The translations under genes were made by a program, and so were the position numbers. 64,000 bases of DNA from positions 785,036 through 849,035 of the forward strand of contig NMRA01000073.1 in NCBI GenBank assembly GCA_002633005.1, read 5' to 3'. Origin of the DNA: Phoronis australis. Lineage: Eukaryota; Animalia; Phoronida. The notes beneath the pieces were generated by a model that was not told the origin of the DNA, searched no databases, and saw nothing but the letters and a program-made list of their open reading frames with translations. Positions 45,746 to 58,200 of this stretch are shown piece after piece (position 1 is the first letter of the stretch; every line of letters begins with the position of its first letter).

Positions 45746-48049
45746 TCATCCATGTCAACTATTCGTGATCCCATTCATCTGAGGACCGTAAGAACGGGGG
45801 GGGGGGGGGGGGGGGGGGGGNGCACGTACCCTTGATAATTTGCAGTTTATAAGTTTTTGCGCAAAAGACTTTGCATTAAAATGACTTTCACTGACTAACT
45901 ATGCTCATCACCCTGGAGGTGTAACCGATGTAACAGGGATAGTGGGGACGTGTTGCTGACCGAATCAGTCAATTTTCTGGTGTAATTTCGGACCACGGCA
46001 TTTTCACAACTTTGATATACACTTTGGCGCCAGTTAAAAAGAATCGGCTGTAAAAATGGCATGGTATATCACTAGTTTTGCTTGGTATAAATTTCGATTT
46101 GATTATAAATATTGACTTGATTATGAAAATTCGGTAAATTCAGCAACCTCGGTTAACAGCCAGCTTCATCTCCCGCAATAAGTGAGGGTCATATTTCATT
46201 CGAAGCACGCCGTGCGGGTATATACATGGGACGTAATTCTAGCCCTCAGTTTAAACATCTGTCTCCTTTTTCATTTTTGGTTTAAATTTCACTTCAGATT
46301 TGGAAGCCTTGTTACAACCCCTGCCCTAAAATGACCACATACCCCCCCCCCGGTTGACCCAATATTTTTATCATTCTACTGGCCCCATGTCTTCTAACCC
46401 CGGTGTTGACGCTTTGACTTCATACGCGTTCACTTGCTGATATTATAAGATCGACTTCGTAACCAACGTGGTACTGACAGTGTCTCTGTATTGCAACAGA
46501 CGGTTGTCGGTACCGCGATCATTCTGGACACAAATTTTTAAAGAGTAGACCTAGTTGTCTAACGAGTTCACTCCCAGTTCCAATGACTTTTCATCATTAC
46601 ATCGTTTACGCATCTTCTTTATAAAGGACTCCTGTGGCGGCCAGTTCCCCCGAGAAAGTGAGTTAAACCAGACTTTTCACTATTTACCACCAAAGAGATG
46701 TTATTTCAGAAAGCCACAGAGGCTCGAATTGCCGCAACGTCGAAATTTTCTCAAAAATGACCGCCGCTATCTATTATAACGGTTAGGCGTGAAATCGGGA
46801 TCATTGGACCATTTGTCCCGTTCCCTCCTGTATCCCGTAAGCAATTAACACATTTTCTTCTCCCCGAATCGTATGACGTCACACATTCCTCGGACTGAAT
46901 TAGAAGCAACCTTGTTGCGGCTCATGGCCGGTTGTTCCTTGAGCGGATCTCATCTCCCGGAGGTGGATGCGTAGCCCCCTTTTTCTATCGGCATGACAAC
47001 GGCATGCAGGTGTCGCTACAACAGCGTGTTGTTTGACCAAGAAGATATTCCTTGCAAACACAGGCGTCTACTTCAATGTTTTGCTGCTCTTTATTCTCAT
47101 TGAAGCTCATTCTTTGCACTAACTGGGTTTGGTCCCAATCAGTATGAGAAAGACTGTCAATCGGTTGCCGGTCGTAAAAATTATGAAGGTTTACGTACTT
47201 GACATGTACTGTTACGAGTTGAATCATGACTAACACGTGGACACTCGCGTGGTGAAGAACTAGTTAGAGTAATCGAAACGATTTGTACGTTGCGTTCTAC
47301 GGGGGACTGAAGAATAAATTGGAAATTTTCCCTAAAAATAGCCAGTAGATAGCAAAAACAGCTCTTGATACTTAATCTATGGCATCATTACACGTGAATG
47401 CCGGGGGTTGTTTGGCACAGAAACTTCCGGATTATTTATGAAGTAAGGTACTACACCTCATATCTCAGCTTGGCTGGTCAACCGATGCCGAAGTGGTGGT
47501 AATAACAACTTGCGATTGTAATGATATTAATTGAAATAATTTAAAGTCTTGTATTTTCTTTGTATCGAGGGCTTGCTTAAAGCATAAATATTGAAACCGG
47601 GTGGACTTCGTGAAAACGTGGCTAATCTTGCAAGGCATCGGATTTTACGACGGCATTCACTCTAAGATTGTCTTCAGTTGTCTATCTTACACGTTAAAAT
47701 ATGTACTGGTAGAATCATAGAATAAAGCACTTGGGCATCTTATCTCGCCCTGTAATGACGTATTTCTTTCTACTGCAAATGTGATGGCAACTAACTCTTG
47801 CTCAACAGGTTATGGGCCTAGTCGTACGGGAAGAAGACTATGTCTTGTGTTTGACGGCACTGAGAGAAAATATTAGCTTTTTTTTAAGTGATATATATTT
47901 ATTGAAGAATACACAGAACATACAAAGAAATTATAACAAACCCAGAAACCGCGAAGCATTATATCTGGGTTGTAAACAATTCATAAATGAAACTAATATA
48001 CATAGAGGTATATACAATTAAGTAGTATCTAAAATAAGTATTCCAATAC

Positions 48050-50159
48050 TTATATTTCGTTATCGCGGGTAAGGGAGAATTGAGTCAAGGGTGTTGAGTT
48101 ATCAAAATTATGAAAAACAGTTCTAAAATTATTTTTTATACTCGTAAAAGAGTTGCTTTCCTTAACAAAGACTGAAAGAGAATTCCAGTTGTTGATGCAC
48201 ATCATGACTAGACCTTCTGAATGCCTGACTGAACGACGGAGGAATTGCATATGGGGTGGAGGATCTCAAATCACTACGATGGCCTTGTCTAGTATATAGA
48301 TCAAATATTTTTTTGACAGACACGTTGTTAACATTGTTTATTACTTTGAAAGTAAATGTGGACATGTGAAGATTGCGTCGAGTAGACAGTTTGGGCCACT
48401 TGAGACTATTCAAAACCTTAACACTATTGGATCCCCTGTAAGCTCCGGCGGCTTGATATTGCAACTTCTCTAAATGTTGGAGTGCACCCGTATTGGCAGA
48501 CTGATATATAATATCACAATAATCAATGTGTGGAAGTACAAAGGACTTGAACAAAACTTCTAAATGTTTAGAATTCAGATGACGAGATACGAGCTTAAGT
48601 GGGTTAATTAGTTCCTGAGTTTTTTGTACGAGCTCCCGAACGTGAGGGGTGAATGAGAGTTTTTCATCTAACAGTATACCCAGATGTCTGTGCGACTATT
48701 TTCTAGGAATGATTTCATCATTAAGTTTAAGGTCATAAGACGGGTCAACAAGGAAAAGAGCATTAATAGATTTGGAGAAAGTGAGGTCAACGCTTTTTTC
48801 TGGTTTAAAATTCATTCTCCATTCTTGTGACCAATAGCTGAGTTTATTTAAGTCGTGTTGAAGCTGCAAAGAACATTCAGGGCTGCTCCCTGCGAAGGGG
48901 TAAAAAAGCGCCGTGTCATCTGCATAAAGGTATGTGCTACATGACAGGTTCTCAGGAAGGTCATTAATATAAACCAAGAAGAGAAGAGGGCCCAATAGGC
49001 TACCCTGCGGTACACCTGCGTTTACAAATCCAGGAGGGGATAAAGTTGAAAGTACGCCATCGACACGAACACTGTATGTTCTTTCGAAGAGATATGAGGT
49101 GATCATGTTTAAAAGATTACCAGTAATGCCATAGGATCGAAGTTTGTGAAGTAGAAGGTCGTGAGGGACACAGTCGAAAGCAGAAGCTATATCTAGAAAA
49201 ATGAACCTGACACTCTCGCTCTTCTCAAAATGTAAACGAATCTCATGTACTATTCTAACAAGTTGTGCCACGGTGCTGTTCCCAAACAAAAAACCAAATT
49301 GACGATGATAGATCAAGTTGTTTTGTTTGAGAAATGTTAGAATACTTTGAGCAATGATCTTCTCGAAGATTTTGGACAGGGTGTTAAGTAAAGTTATTGG
49401 GCGATAATTTGAAATTTCAGTTTTGGAGCCTTTTTTGTGTATAGGGACCATAATTCCATGTTTCCAAGAAGACGGATATATACCTAGCTGAAGAAGTTTG
49501 TTAAACAGATTGGTCAGGGGCATGGTAATTTTGTTGGCAATCATTTTGATCATCTTGCTAGTTATTAAAGCTGTGCCATCATTCTTATTGGGGTCAATTT
49601 CATCGAGATACTTCCGGACATCAGTTTGATTAGCCGGGTTGTCAGACAGTTGATTGAGACAACGTTCACGAAGAAAGGGAAAGTTACCTACTTCAGTTGG
49701 TGTAATGTGGCTTTTGTTCGTGAAAAATTTGAGAAACAAATCACACTTGTCACTACTACTTGAGGCTAGGTTACCATTATAGTTGATGACAGGATAGGAG
49801 GATTGTTGTTGACTGCCGCGTATTTTATTGATGATGTTCCAGTATTCCTTGGAGTTTTTGCTTGCGCTGTTAATTTGTTGAAAAAGCTTGTGTCGGTGAT
49901 CAGCTTTGGCTTGATTTACTAAAGTTTCAACCAGACGTGACTGCTCCTTGTATCTGTTGTAGATTATAGTGTTGTTAGATCTTCTGAAAGAGCTGTAAAG
50001 TCTGTTTCTTGTGCGGATTTCCCGTTTAACATTATTGTTGAACCACGGTTGGCTATTGTGTTTAATTATCTTTTCAGTTGATGGGATGTGGTTTTTTAAA
50101 ATTTCATAGAGAGTACTAGTGAAGAATGAAACAGTATCATCAATGTCGCCAGCGTTCAA
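48050..50159 (-). pseudogene. LINE ORF2 reverse transcriptase (broken near 48696 and further 3')
   Basis: [41 protein letters not shown]. The C-terminal pieces at 48554-48050 are homologous to the 36207-38582 protein. Confidence 0.92.
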
Positions 50160-50335
50160 TATGGAATCCCAGTCAGTGTTGCTGATATCCTGACGCAGTT
50201 TATCGGTGTCGACCTGATCATATTTCCAATTGGTTCGAGTGGTGTGTTGTTCTTTAACCGTTTTTTTTAAGTGTTAGAGTGGTTTCGATAGTGTGGTGAT
50301 CAGATTTGCCAACAGGAGGTAGTACAGAACATGAG

Positions 50336-51502
50336 TCAATGATACTCAAATTGTCTGTTATACAGATCGAGGTCAATACATGAATGAGAAACGTTGGTGA
50401 TACGGGTTGGCTCATTAATTAGTTGTATGCAGTCATTAGACAATAAGATATCAAACAATTGTAGTCCGGCCGTATTTTCATGATCATCATTGTACCATGT
50501 AGAGTTTCGGGCATTGAAATCACCATTTATGATTATACTAACGCTATTGCGGTTAAGTTCCGCTAACTGATCGGCTAGGGCTTTGAAGTAGAGTTTTCTT
50601 TCAGTTGGAGATTGAGAAGGTGAGCGATAAAACAACCCATAGTAAATTTTTCTGTGATCGAAATAAATTTCGATCCAGCAGTTGCATAACTGAGGACAAG
50701 TTAAGCTAGGACATAATTTAAATGAGAGTGTGTTTTTAGTGAATAAAATGATACCACGGCCACTGTTGCTGTGATACGAAACACTGTAACCAGGAATGAT
50801 TAGTTCATTATCAAGGTCGTCTTTGGTAACATTACAAGTTTCACAAAGAGCGACAATCATATAATCGTAAGACAGAACAAAGTTTTTTAGAAGTTGGAAT
50901 CTGGAGAAATTGTTGGATTTAATACTGTTAATATTTGAAAATAAGATTTTAAAGGTAGTATTGTCTTCAGGCCCAGGATTTTCTTCAACATCGCCAGCTA
51001 AAAGGAGGCACATGCCAATGACGATTCCGTAATCCATACAGGTGTTATGTAAACAATAGTAAGACACATCAGTAAGCTGAACCCGCATAGCGTGATATCT
51101 CATTCGATGCCGGTGAGAAGAATTCAACTGTGACCATGAGGGGGAAAACAATGTAAGACCAGAGAAACTCACACTACTCGAGGCACTCAAAGGATAGCCG
51201 TATTTAACAATTAATACACCAATGCTTGTTGAAAATTCAAAGGTTGTTAAATGAATAAGGTAGTCTGGACAATTAGGGGAGTCATTTTTAAAAAACAAAA
51301 TTATATCATAGGCTCGCTTACAGATACATAAATAGCAACTTAGTTGAAAAGCACAACATATAAATTCAATCTTGGGAAACCAGTTAGTTCTGTTGCAAGT
51401 AAATACAAAACACATAGATAATGATTGACCTAAAGATATGTACAGAGGAAATATGACCACATAGTAACGGACAAAAAAGGTGAAAAATAAGAGTTTGAAC
51501 AC
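50336..51502 (-). pseudogene. LINE ORF2 2A-like peptide and APE endonuclease (frameshifted at its end)
   Basis: LLLAGDVEENPGP, NINSI, VALCET, YRSP, GDFNA, EPTR, CIDL. Confidence 0.9.
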
Positions 51503-52612
51503 TCAAATTCACTGAAGATAACAAAAAAAAAATGTATTGAAGATCTCTCACTATGGATAACTTAGTTGTAACACGTTTTAGAATTGATAAAAGGCTATGA
51601 GTTCTTACCACTATAGGCCACCCAGTAATGACTGATCAGCTCATGTGTTCGGTGGTGTCTTCTGAATTGAAGTAAACTTTCTCACAGACTTGAAACACCA
51701 GTTTTCACAGGGATTATTTCAAGTTGAAACTCATTATAAACTAAATTATGGTGACAGACAGTGCTCAACGTGATTTTTTCACGGGCAAGCTAAAACAGTA
51801 ATAACTAATTAATGATATGGTGAATCATTCTGTAACCCACAACAAAAATCACATGTAGTTGTAGATTCTGCACCTGACTGACAGAGAACAGAACAAGTGC
51901 CTAGAAATTAAAATCAATATTATAATGAGTGAGAGGTGTCAATAATATGACCGAACAGAAATGCCACACAAAATCAGCGACGTGTAAATTTATCATGACA
52001 GACAATTTGGTATGGAGTTGTCCACAAAATCAACGTTCTGAGAAAAACAACGGTCAGAAAGAAATAATAATTATATAAGGGACAGCCACTAAGGCCCGAG
52101 CTCACATTATAAGAATCATTGTCTTATGTGAATATCATGCAATGTACAATTCCGTCACACATTCAATTAAAATGTGGGAAACATGTTTTAACGACAACCA
52201 AAAATACCACATTAATACATACTGTAGGCAGTTGCAAAGATACTACACTACATTTTTGGTAAGGGTGCAACTGGGAAACAGTAAGAGGCAATAAGCAATA
52301 AAACCCATGCTCCAAACATGAATGATTTAGATGCAGATTAAGAATTCGATGCATTACCATTGCCTGTGGTCAGTATAAGGTGTTGTGATCGCTACGGACC
52401 TGTATAGAGTGCACCACCACTGATAGAGAGGTAACTTGAGCGTGATCTGGTATTACATGAGGGAGAAAACTGAATAAGTATCAGTGGACAGGACAATTAC
52501 CTGATCTTGTCAAGACATGGGGGGTGGGGTGAGTGAACGCAAACAAAGTGAGGGATGTCACCAGTGAGTAATTGGATATGAACTACAATAGGACGAGAGA
52601 GCAGAATACAAT

Positions 52613-53418
52613 TTAAACTTGGCAGTTTTCTAACACTAGAAGGTCACTTTCTGAGGAAACCTGCTTTATCCTGTTATCATGCAGCTGTATTGTTACGTTA
52701 CCGTCTTGCGTCCACATTTTAGCGATGGTTTTAGATTGTACAAGGCGGCGACAGCGGGCGTAGAGAAGGGACCGTTGTTTCGTGAGATTTTCATTGATGT
52801 AGATCGGGGATGGTAAGTTCAGTTTGCGGAGTAAACTTCTATTGTGAAGGAAAGCAGCTCTGGTATTATATGACACAAACTTACAGATGATAGGGCGATC
52901 TTTTCGTGAATCTCTAGCTCCATGTTTACGTAGTTTGGGCCCGAGTCTGTGGGATCTGCTGATTTGTTGGGGTTAATTTCAAGACCCAGTTTGCGTCCCA
53001 AGTCGACCACAATGTTGTCAGTGGCTCCAGGTTTTTCATTTACAGGCTCATCGATTCCATATATATCTATATTATTGCGACGCGAGTATTGCTCTAGGTT
53101 GTCTAGATTTGCTGACAAATTGTTGACTTGCTCATTCAGCCGCTGTATTTCTTTCTCTTTCTGGTTAAGGATGGACTCGTAGTAGGCCTTTATATCATCC
53201 AGGGCAGGCAGGAATAGATGCTCACGGAGTGTTTTAATAACTTGGGGCGAAGTCAGCGCTTTTTCGAGCTTTGCAATGTCATCATTTGAGTCCGAATCAC
53301 ACAGGGGCTGGTCAAGCTGACGGAAGTCAAGGGTTGTTTGAGTAAGTTTTTTTGCTCTGTCGTTTAAGGATGCGCTATCTTTGCTTGCATACCTCTTTCT
53401 TGGCTCGTCAGCACTCAC
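52613..53418 (-). pseudogene. LINE ORF1 (coiled coil, RRM and CTD type), one frameshift near 52960
   Basis: LDNLEQYSRRNNIDIYGIDE, then in the shifted frame SRSHRLGP..RPIICKFVSY, and IYINENLTKQR..WTQDGNV. Confidence 0.88.
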
Positions 53419-54121
53419 CGTGGGTGAAGCATAAGATAACGTAAGACTTAAATACAGAAAATTATTTGAGAAATCTTCAGCACAATTTCAAACGCACATC
53501 TGGCGGGAAACAGGTCACGTGATTAAGCTTAATTGGGGTACAAAGTGTTAAGCTCACCTTCATGTTAACGACCTCAAGAGCACGACACTGTGTAACCCAG
53601 TGCGACATTAGATGGCGAGAAATATGAAAAAGGGTACTCGGAACTTGTGCAGTACCTCAGTGGATGACCGAAGTCTCGCACTGGTAATACTACAGTCTGC
53701 CAAGATTACGGTAGGAAAGCCCTGAGCACCCCAAGGAACTATTACGTCGGAAGCGGTTAACCAAAAATAACAGCACTGTATTCGGAATAATGTTCTATCC
53801 ATAGAAGTGCACACGAGTCGAACACGGATTATTTAATACGTGGTGAAACTGCTGCAGCAGCCTTAAGGATGGCTGATGTGAAGACATAAGCGATGGTTTG
53901 CTTATAGCAATGATGCTGAAAGATCTACCTGAGGAGTTCAAGTTCTCGGTAATATTAACAGAATTGGGACAGAGAACTTGGTTATGCGAAATTCAAAGTG
54001 GCCATCAAAAAACTACGATGATTCAGAACGTTCACATAGTGAGACAGCCGGAGTGATTGGCGAATCAACTGAAAAGGTATTAAAATTACAATGCTGGACT
54101 TGCAGAAAACCGGGGCATAAA

Positions 54122-54284
54122 CAGTGTGGATCTAGGATACCATAAGGGGGGGGGGGGGCAACANGACTAAAAAAAAAAAAAAATACGGGTACGCGTCGTC
54201 CGAACTCAATATTTCCTCACGCTTCACGCTGTTGCTGTTTCATTTTTCTTGCGCCAGCCAAGGCCCCTCCTAAATCCGCCTACG
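54122..54284. mobile_element. MITE inserted in the copia gag zinc knuckle, 5-bp TSD ATAAA
   Basis: ATAAA|CAGTGTGGATCTAGG...CCTAAATCCGCCTACG|ATAAA. Removing it restores GGG CAT AAA TCA TTC GAC TGT (GHKSFDC). Contains one N. Confidence 0.85.
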
Positions 54285-54994
54285 ATAAATCATTCGACTG
54301 TCTAACTAAGAAAACCCACCACAACCACAGTCATAGTTACAGGCGTGTTAGAGCGCGCAGTCCAAGAGGACATAATGGCGGATCAAATAATGCTGCGAAA
54401 CATATGAATAACACGCACAGTGACTGTGGTCACTCCACCTTCGTCTTTAAGGTGAGTCACTTACCTGAGTCTATGAAGATGAATCCAAAACATGCACTAC
54501 TAGTGAGCTGTGGAGCTACATCACATATCGTAACTGACAAGTCATGCTTCACAGAATTTGACAAGGAATTCGACACGGAAAAATATTACATCGAACTTGC
54601 AGATGGGACCAAGAAGGGTTGCGTCGCTCGCAGACGGGGCAAGGCTACAGTGGATCTGACAACTAGTAAAGGGGAATCTGTAAATGCCAACTTGGAAAAC
54701 GCATAGTACGTTCCCTCTTATAATCAAAACAGGCTGCGACTGAAAAAGGGGTGTCGATTAAACGTTGGACCCGACACGGCTAAGTTAACCGTACTCAATG
54801 GGACAATTTTTGACATTGCAAAAGATGGTCGTTTGTACATTTTGTACACAGCTAAGAATAGTGCGTCTGGTATCGGTAAGTTGAGTAAGTACACTTTATC
54901 TGAATGGCATAGATTCTTAGGTCACTGCAATATCGATTACATCATAAAATTGAAAGATTGAGCCCGTGGTATTGAGATAGTAGGTGATGATAGT

Positions 54995-55450
54995 CTTTCT
55001 GCATTCCTCAGGCACCCAAGCTCACGCCGGAAGTTGTCTGTCAGTCACTGCAGCCGGACCTTGCCATGCTCCTGGGCGCTGCCAAAAGTCTTCCCAAGTG
55101 ATTTTAATTCCGCTCGTATCTCTTTGATAGAGTTTTCCCTTCAGTTGCCTCTCGAGACTCCCTGTCATAGTGCTCTTGTTCGTTTCTTCTCTGTACCAAA
55201 TCACTCTACACCCACGTTGGACATGATTGTGGTGAAACTGTCAATCTTCTTTCCAACACTCCCCATCAAAGTTGTCTTCATGATATCTGGCACATCCTCA
55301 TCGAAATCCTTCCATGCCTTCTTCATCCACCATGTTTGGCTACTTCACTCCCTTTCTTTTTGGGCGTGATGAAGGTCTGCTTTGCCCTGACGCGTCTTCT
55401 TCCAGGAACACAGGGTCGGTACCCGAAGGCTCATCGGCTTGGAGACCCCC
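54995..55450 (-). mobile_element. Fragment of a Hero-like (R2-group, RLE-type) non-LTR retrotransposon
   Basis: The minus strand reads VK*P..KAWKDFDEDVPDIMKTTLMGSVGKKIDSFTTIM..GVE*FG..N*RENSIKEIRAELKSLGKTF..FRRELGCLRNAER, resembling the pre-RT region of Hero elements. Confidence 0.65.
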
Positions 55451-55973
55451 AGTCCTTTAGGGTTCACCCTGACAAAGTGGTCGGAACTGGAACCAGATGT
55501 TGAATGATAACGTATCCAAATTTGGTTTTGTACATAGTAAACTTGAACCAAGCTTGTACACTTGTGATTTTGATGGAAGGTTTGCCATCTTGCTTGTTTG
55601 GGTTGATGATACTATTACTGCGACAACCGACAGTGGGGTTCTGTGAAGTGTAGTCAAGTGAACATTTTGTGGTAAAAATATCGGTGTTCACTTCAAGAAT
55701 GATAGGAATGTATTAGCTTGGATCAGAAGCGATTTTTGTCTAAGGTGCTTAAACGATTTCAGATGAGTGACTGTAAACCTCGAAGCACACCTTGTGAGAA
55801 AAACTTTGAATTCAGTGAGTCTGACGACTTTGTTGAGGCATTTGTAGCCTCATATATGCTATGTCTTACACTAGACCTGACCCGAGATTTATTGTCGCTA
55901 AATTGTAACAAGATTTTTCGTGCCCCACTGCAGAACAGCTGACTGCAGCTTAGCATGCACTGACATTCGTTAA

Positions 55974-56369
55974 AGACGTATTTGCTTGATCCTATCTATG
56001 TTAATGCATAGCGACAATGGCAGGCTATTTGAACATCATCTACGCTAAACAAAGTGCAGTTGTATTCATTGACAATTTGTAAATGGGAAAACAAAAAATT
56101 CTGCAAATAGGCGACCTTTTCACTAATGACGTACCTTGGGGGCTCACATAGCCTGCATTATGCAGTGTTATTCCTCAACACCACGTCACAATACTAACTT
56201 GACGAGGTTGAGTGATTTACTGCAGATCATTTTCGATAAAAAACTCGTTCTTAAAAACATTTGGTAATTTTCAACCCACTTCATATTCACGCCGTAGCTA
56301 TATGTTATGTTTCTAAATAATTTTAACCAAGCAATCACAGAGATAAGGAATCAGGGTGCAAGTTCCACT
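55974..56369. mobile_element. TTAA-flanked MITE (AG...CT ends, Kolobok-like) in copia pol
   Basis: TTAA at 55970-55973 and 56370-56373, with degenerate TIRs. The copia frame resumes after it as KGTVDFKLCFRK..CDAYWG. Confidence 0.65.
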
Positions 56370-57369
56370 TTAAGGGACGGTTGATTTCAAGTTGTGTTTT
56401 CGCAAATATGACAAAGGTTTACATCTGACATGTGACGCATATTGGGGAACATCAGAGAGTATATACAGTGCGTCTGGATACTGTTTTACGTTGCCAGAAA
56501 AGGGACCACTCATGTATTGGAAAGCAAGAAACAATCTAATATTGCTCTGAGTTTTTGTGAAGCTGAGTATACAGCACTCGCTGAAGCTATTCAGGAAATT
56601 TTGTATTTAGTTCAGTTACTGAATGATGTGGGTTGTAACTCGGGTCACATACCAGTCAAGGTTTTTGAGGACAAGCAGGGAACGATTGCACTGTGTAAGA
56701 ATCCGATTTGCACCAAGAGGTAGAAGAATATCGATGCAAAATATCACTTTATTAGACCAGAAGTACAGGATAGTAAAGTATCAGTGAAGTACTTATCATC
56801 TCCCTGGTTCCCTGCGTGTCCGCTAGGGGGCAGAGAACACGCAGGTATCGTTTAATTTTCCTCGGGATTTGTTTTACACCGGTGTTTCTGATTGTAAACA
56901 AAATGGCATGACACATGGAGGAAGTGTAAATATGGGTATGGAGTTCGTGGTATGTTGTGCAGACAAAATGGTGCTAAATTGGAATATGCTCAAGAAATGT
57001 GAATCGGAAGGTTGTGGTTGTGCCTTTTCGGTGTGCATTTTTCTACTGTCGCTGACTTTTGCTTACGTTGCTGTCCTGAAGTCACTCAGCATGAATTACA
57101 CACCGGTTAAGTCGGCCAGGTGTGTGTGCATTGTCTGCTTCAAGCACGACCTATTAAGCAATGAAATAAGAACATTTTCAGACAATCTGTTTGATGTACA
57201 TGTTTGCACCTCAATATGTACTAAAACGGACCACTTTCAAATGCCTGGGATGGCTAGGGCTGCAACTAAAAGAGTTTCAGCCACTCTTTGATATTTTTTT
57301 ACCTTTTGCACCCAGGCTTATATACTTTACACCTGATATTTCAGCTTTATGACATGCGCAATAATCACG

Positions 57370-57455
57370 AGCGTAAAATTGCGAGAGTAAAATTACGGGT
57401 GTAAAATTACGAAATAAAATTAGGAGCGAAAAATACGAGTGGTAAAATTACGAAC
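57370..57455. repeat. Short degenerate tandem repeat, GTAAAATTACG-like units
   Basis: About six imperfect copies of (g)taaaattacg. Confidence 0.7.
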
Positions 57456-57935
57456 GTACAGAGAGCTGAATGTGACATACATACCAATTTCTCATTGGAT
57501 ATAATGATTACGGGCCTAAAACTCGGTCGTAATTACCAGCGTAATTTACGCGCGACACTCTCACCCGAACGACCCACGATATTCACCCGAACGGCCCACA
57601 ACATAAAACTGCCACAATCCATGCCATGCACGATCGCGTCATCAGTTTACATGCTTTCCAATAGATGGCGACAATGCTGCTGTGTTCTGTGGGCGCAAGA
57701 TGAAATTAGCCTTGGTGCAAAAAATAAAAGGCTTTGCACCGATGTGGGTAAAAAAACTGGCCAAATAAAACCTGACACAAAATTATTGTCAATAAAAACT
57801 ACACTCTTCCTCGAGTAAACTAAATTATTTACCGCTATTAGAAAAATGGGCGTTGTAAATTCATTCCGCTGCTAAAGTTGTGGAGCGACCTTATCCGTCG
57901 GCTTTCGGTGCCATGAAATATAGCGTCTAACCTAT

Positions 57936-58200
57936 CATGCGCGCACCCAGGGGGGGGGGGGGCTCGGGGGGCTCGGGGGGCTCGAATGAGCCCCCCAATT
58001 GGCGAAGTGGACAAAAAGGTCCGCCCCCGAGAGTAAAAAAGTCCGGGAAAATGGGACAAAAGTCCACTAAATAAGCGCTAAGTCGCAATTCGGAGAGGTG
58101 CTCTCGTTTTTTTATTTAGTCCGCCCGCTCTTTTGTTAGCGAATGGTCCACAACGTCGGGAATTCGAGCCCCCTAATATCGAAGGCTGGGTGCGCGCATG
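57936..58200. mobile_element. 265-bp MITE, 15-bp perfect TIR, 5-bp TSD CCTAT; partial relative ends at about 61987
   Basis: CCTAT|CATGCGCGCACCCAG...CTGGGTGCGCGCATG|CCTAT. Confidence 0.9.

Larger units (their letters stand above)
47878..53521 (-). mobile_element. Apparently full-length but frameshifted APE-type LINE (CR1/L2-group) inserted into copia gag
   Basis: ORF1 at 53418-52613 and ORF2 pieces at 51502-48050. 3' AATAAA (47903-47898) and an A8 tail. Flanks ATTAGCTT and ATTAAGCTT form an imperfect TSD. Confidence 0.9.
47808..56800 (+). mobile_element. Decayed Ty1/copia LTR retrotransposon interrupted by several insertions
   Basis: CAACA|GGTTATGGGCCTAG (LTR end and PBS). Gag LVFDGTERKY, TDYLIRGETA, SDGLLIAMMLKDLPEEF, CWTCRKPGHK/SFDC. 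Protease LLVSCGATSHI, then WHRFLGHCN. RT SGRNWNQML..GF..VDD. RNase H KKQSNIALSFCEAEYTAL..VFEDKQGTIAL..IDAKYHFIR. This is copia domain order. No 3' LTR was seen. Confidence 0.88.

Noticed and set aside
45796-45821. Poly-G run as a promoter G-quadruplex
   Set aside because: It ends at an N, so its length and context are unreliable. G-runs here are typical of the local MITE families.
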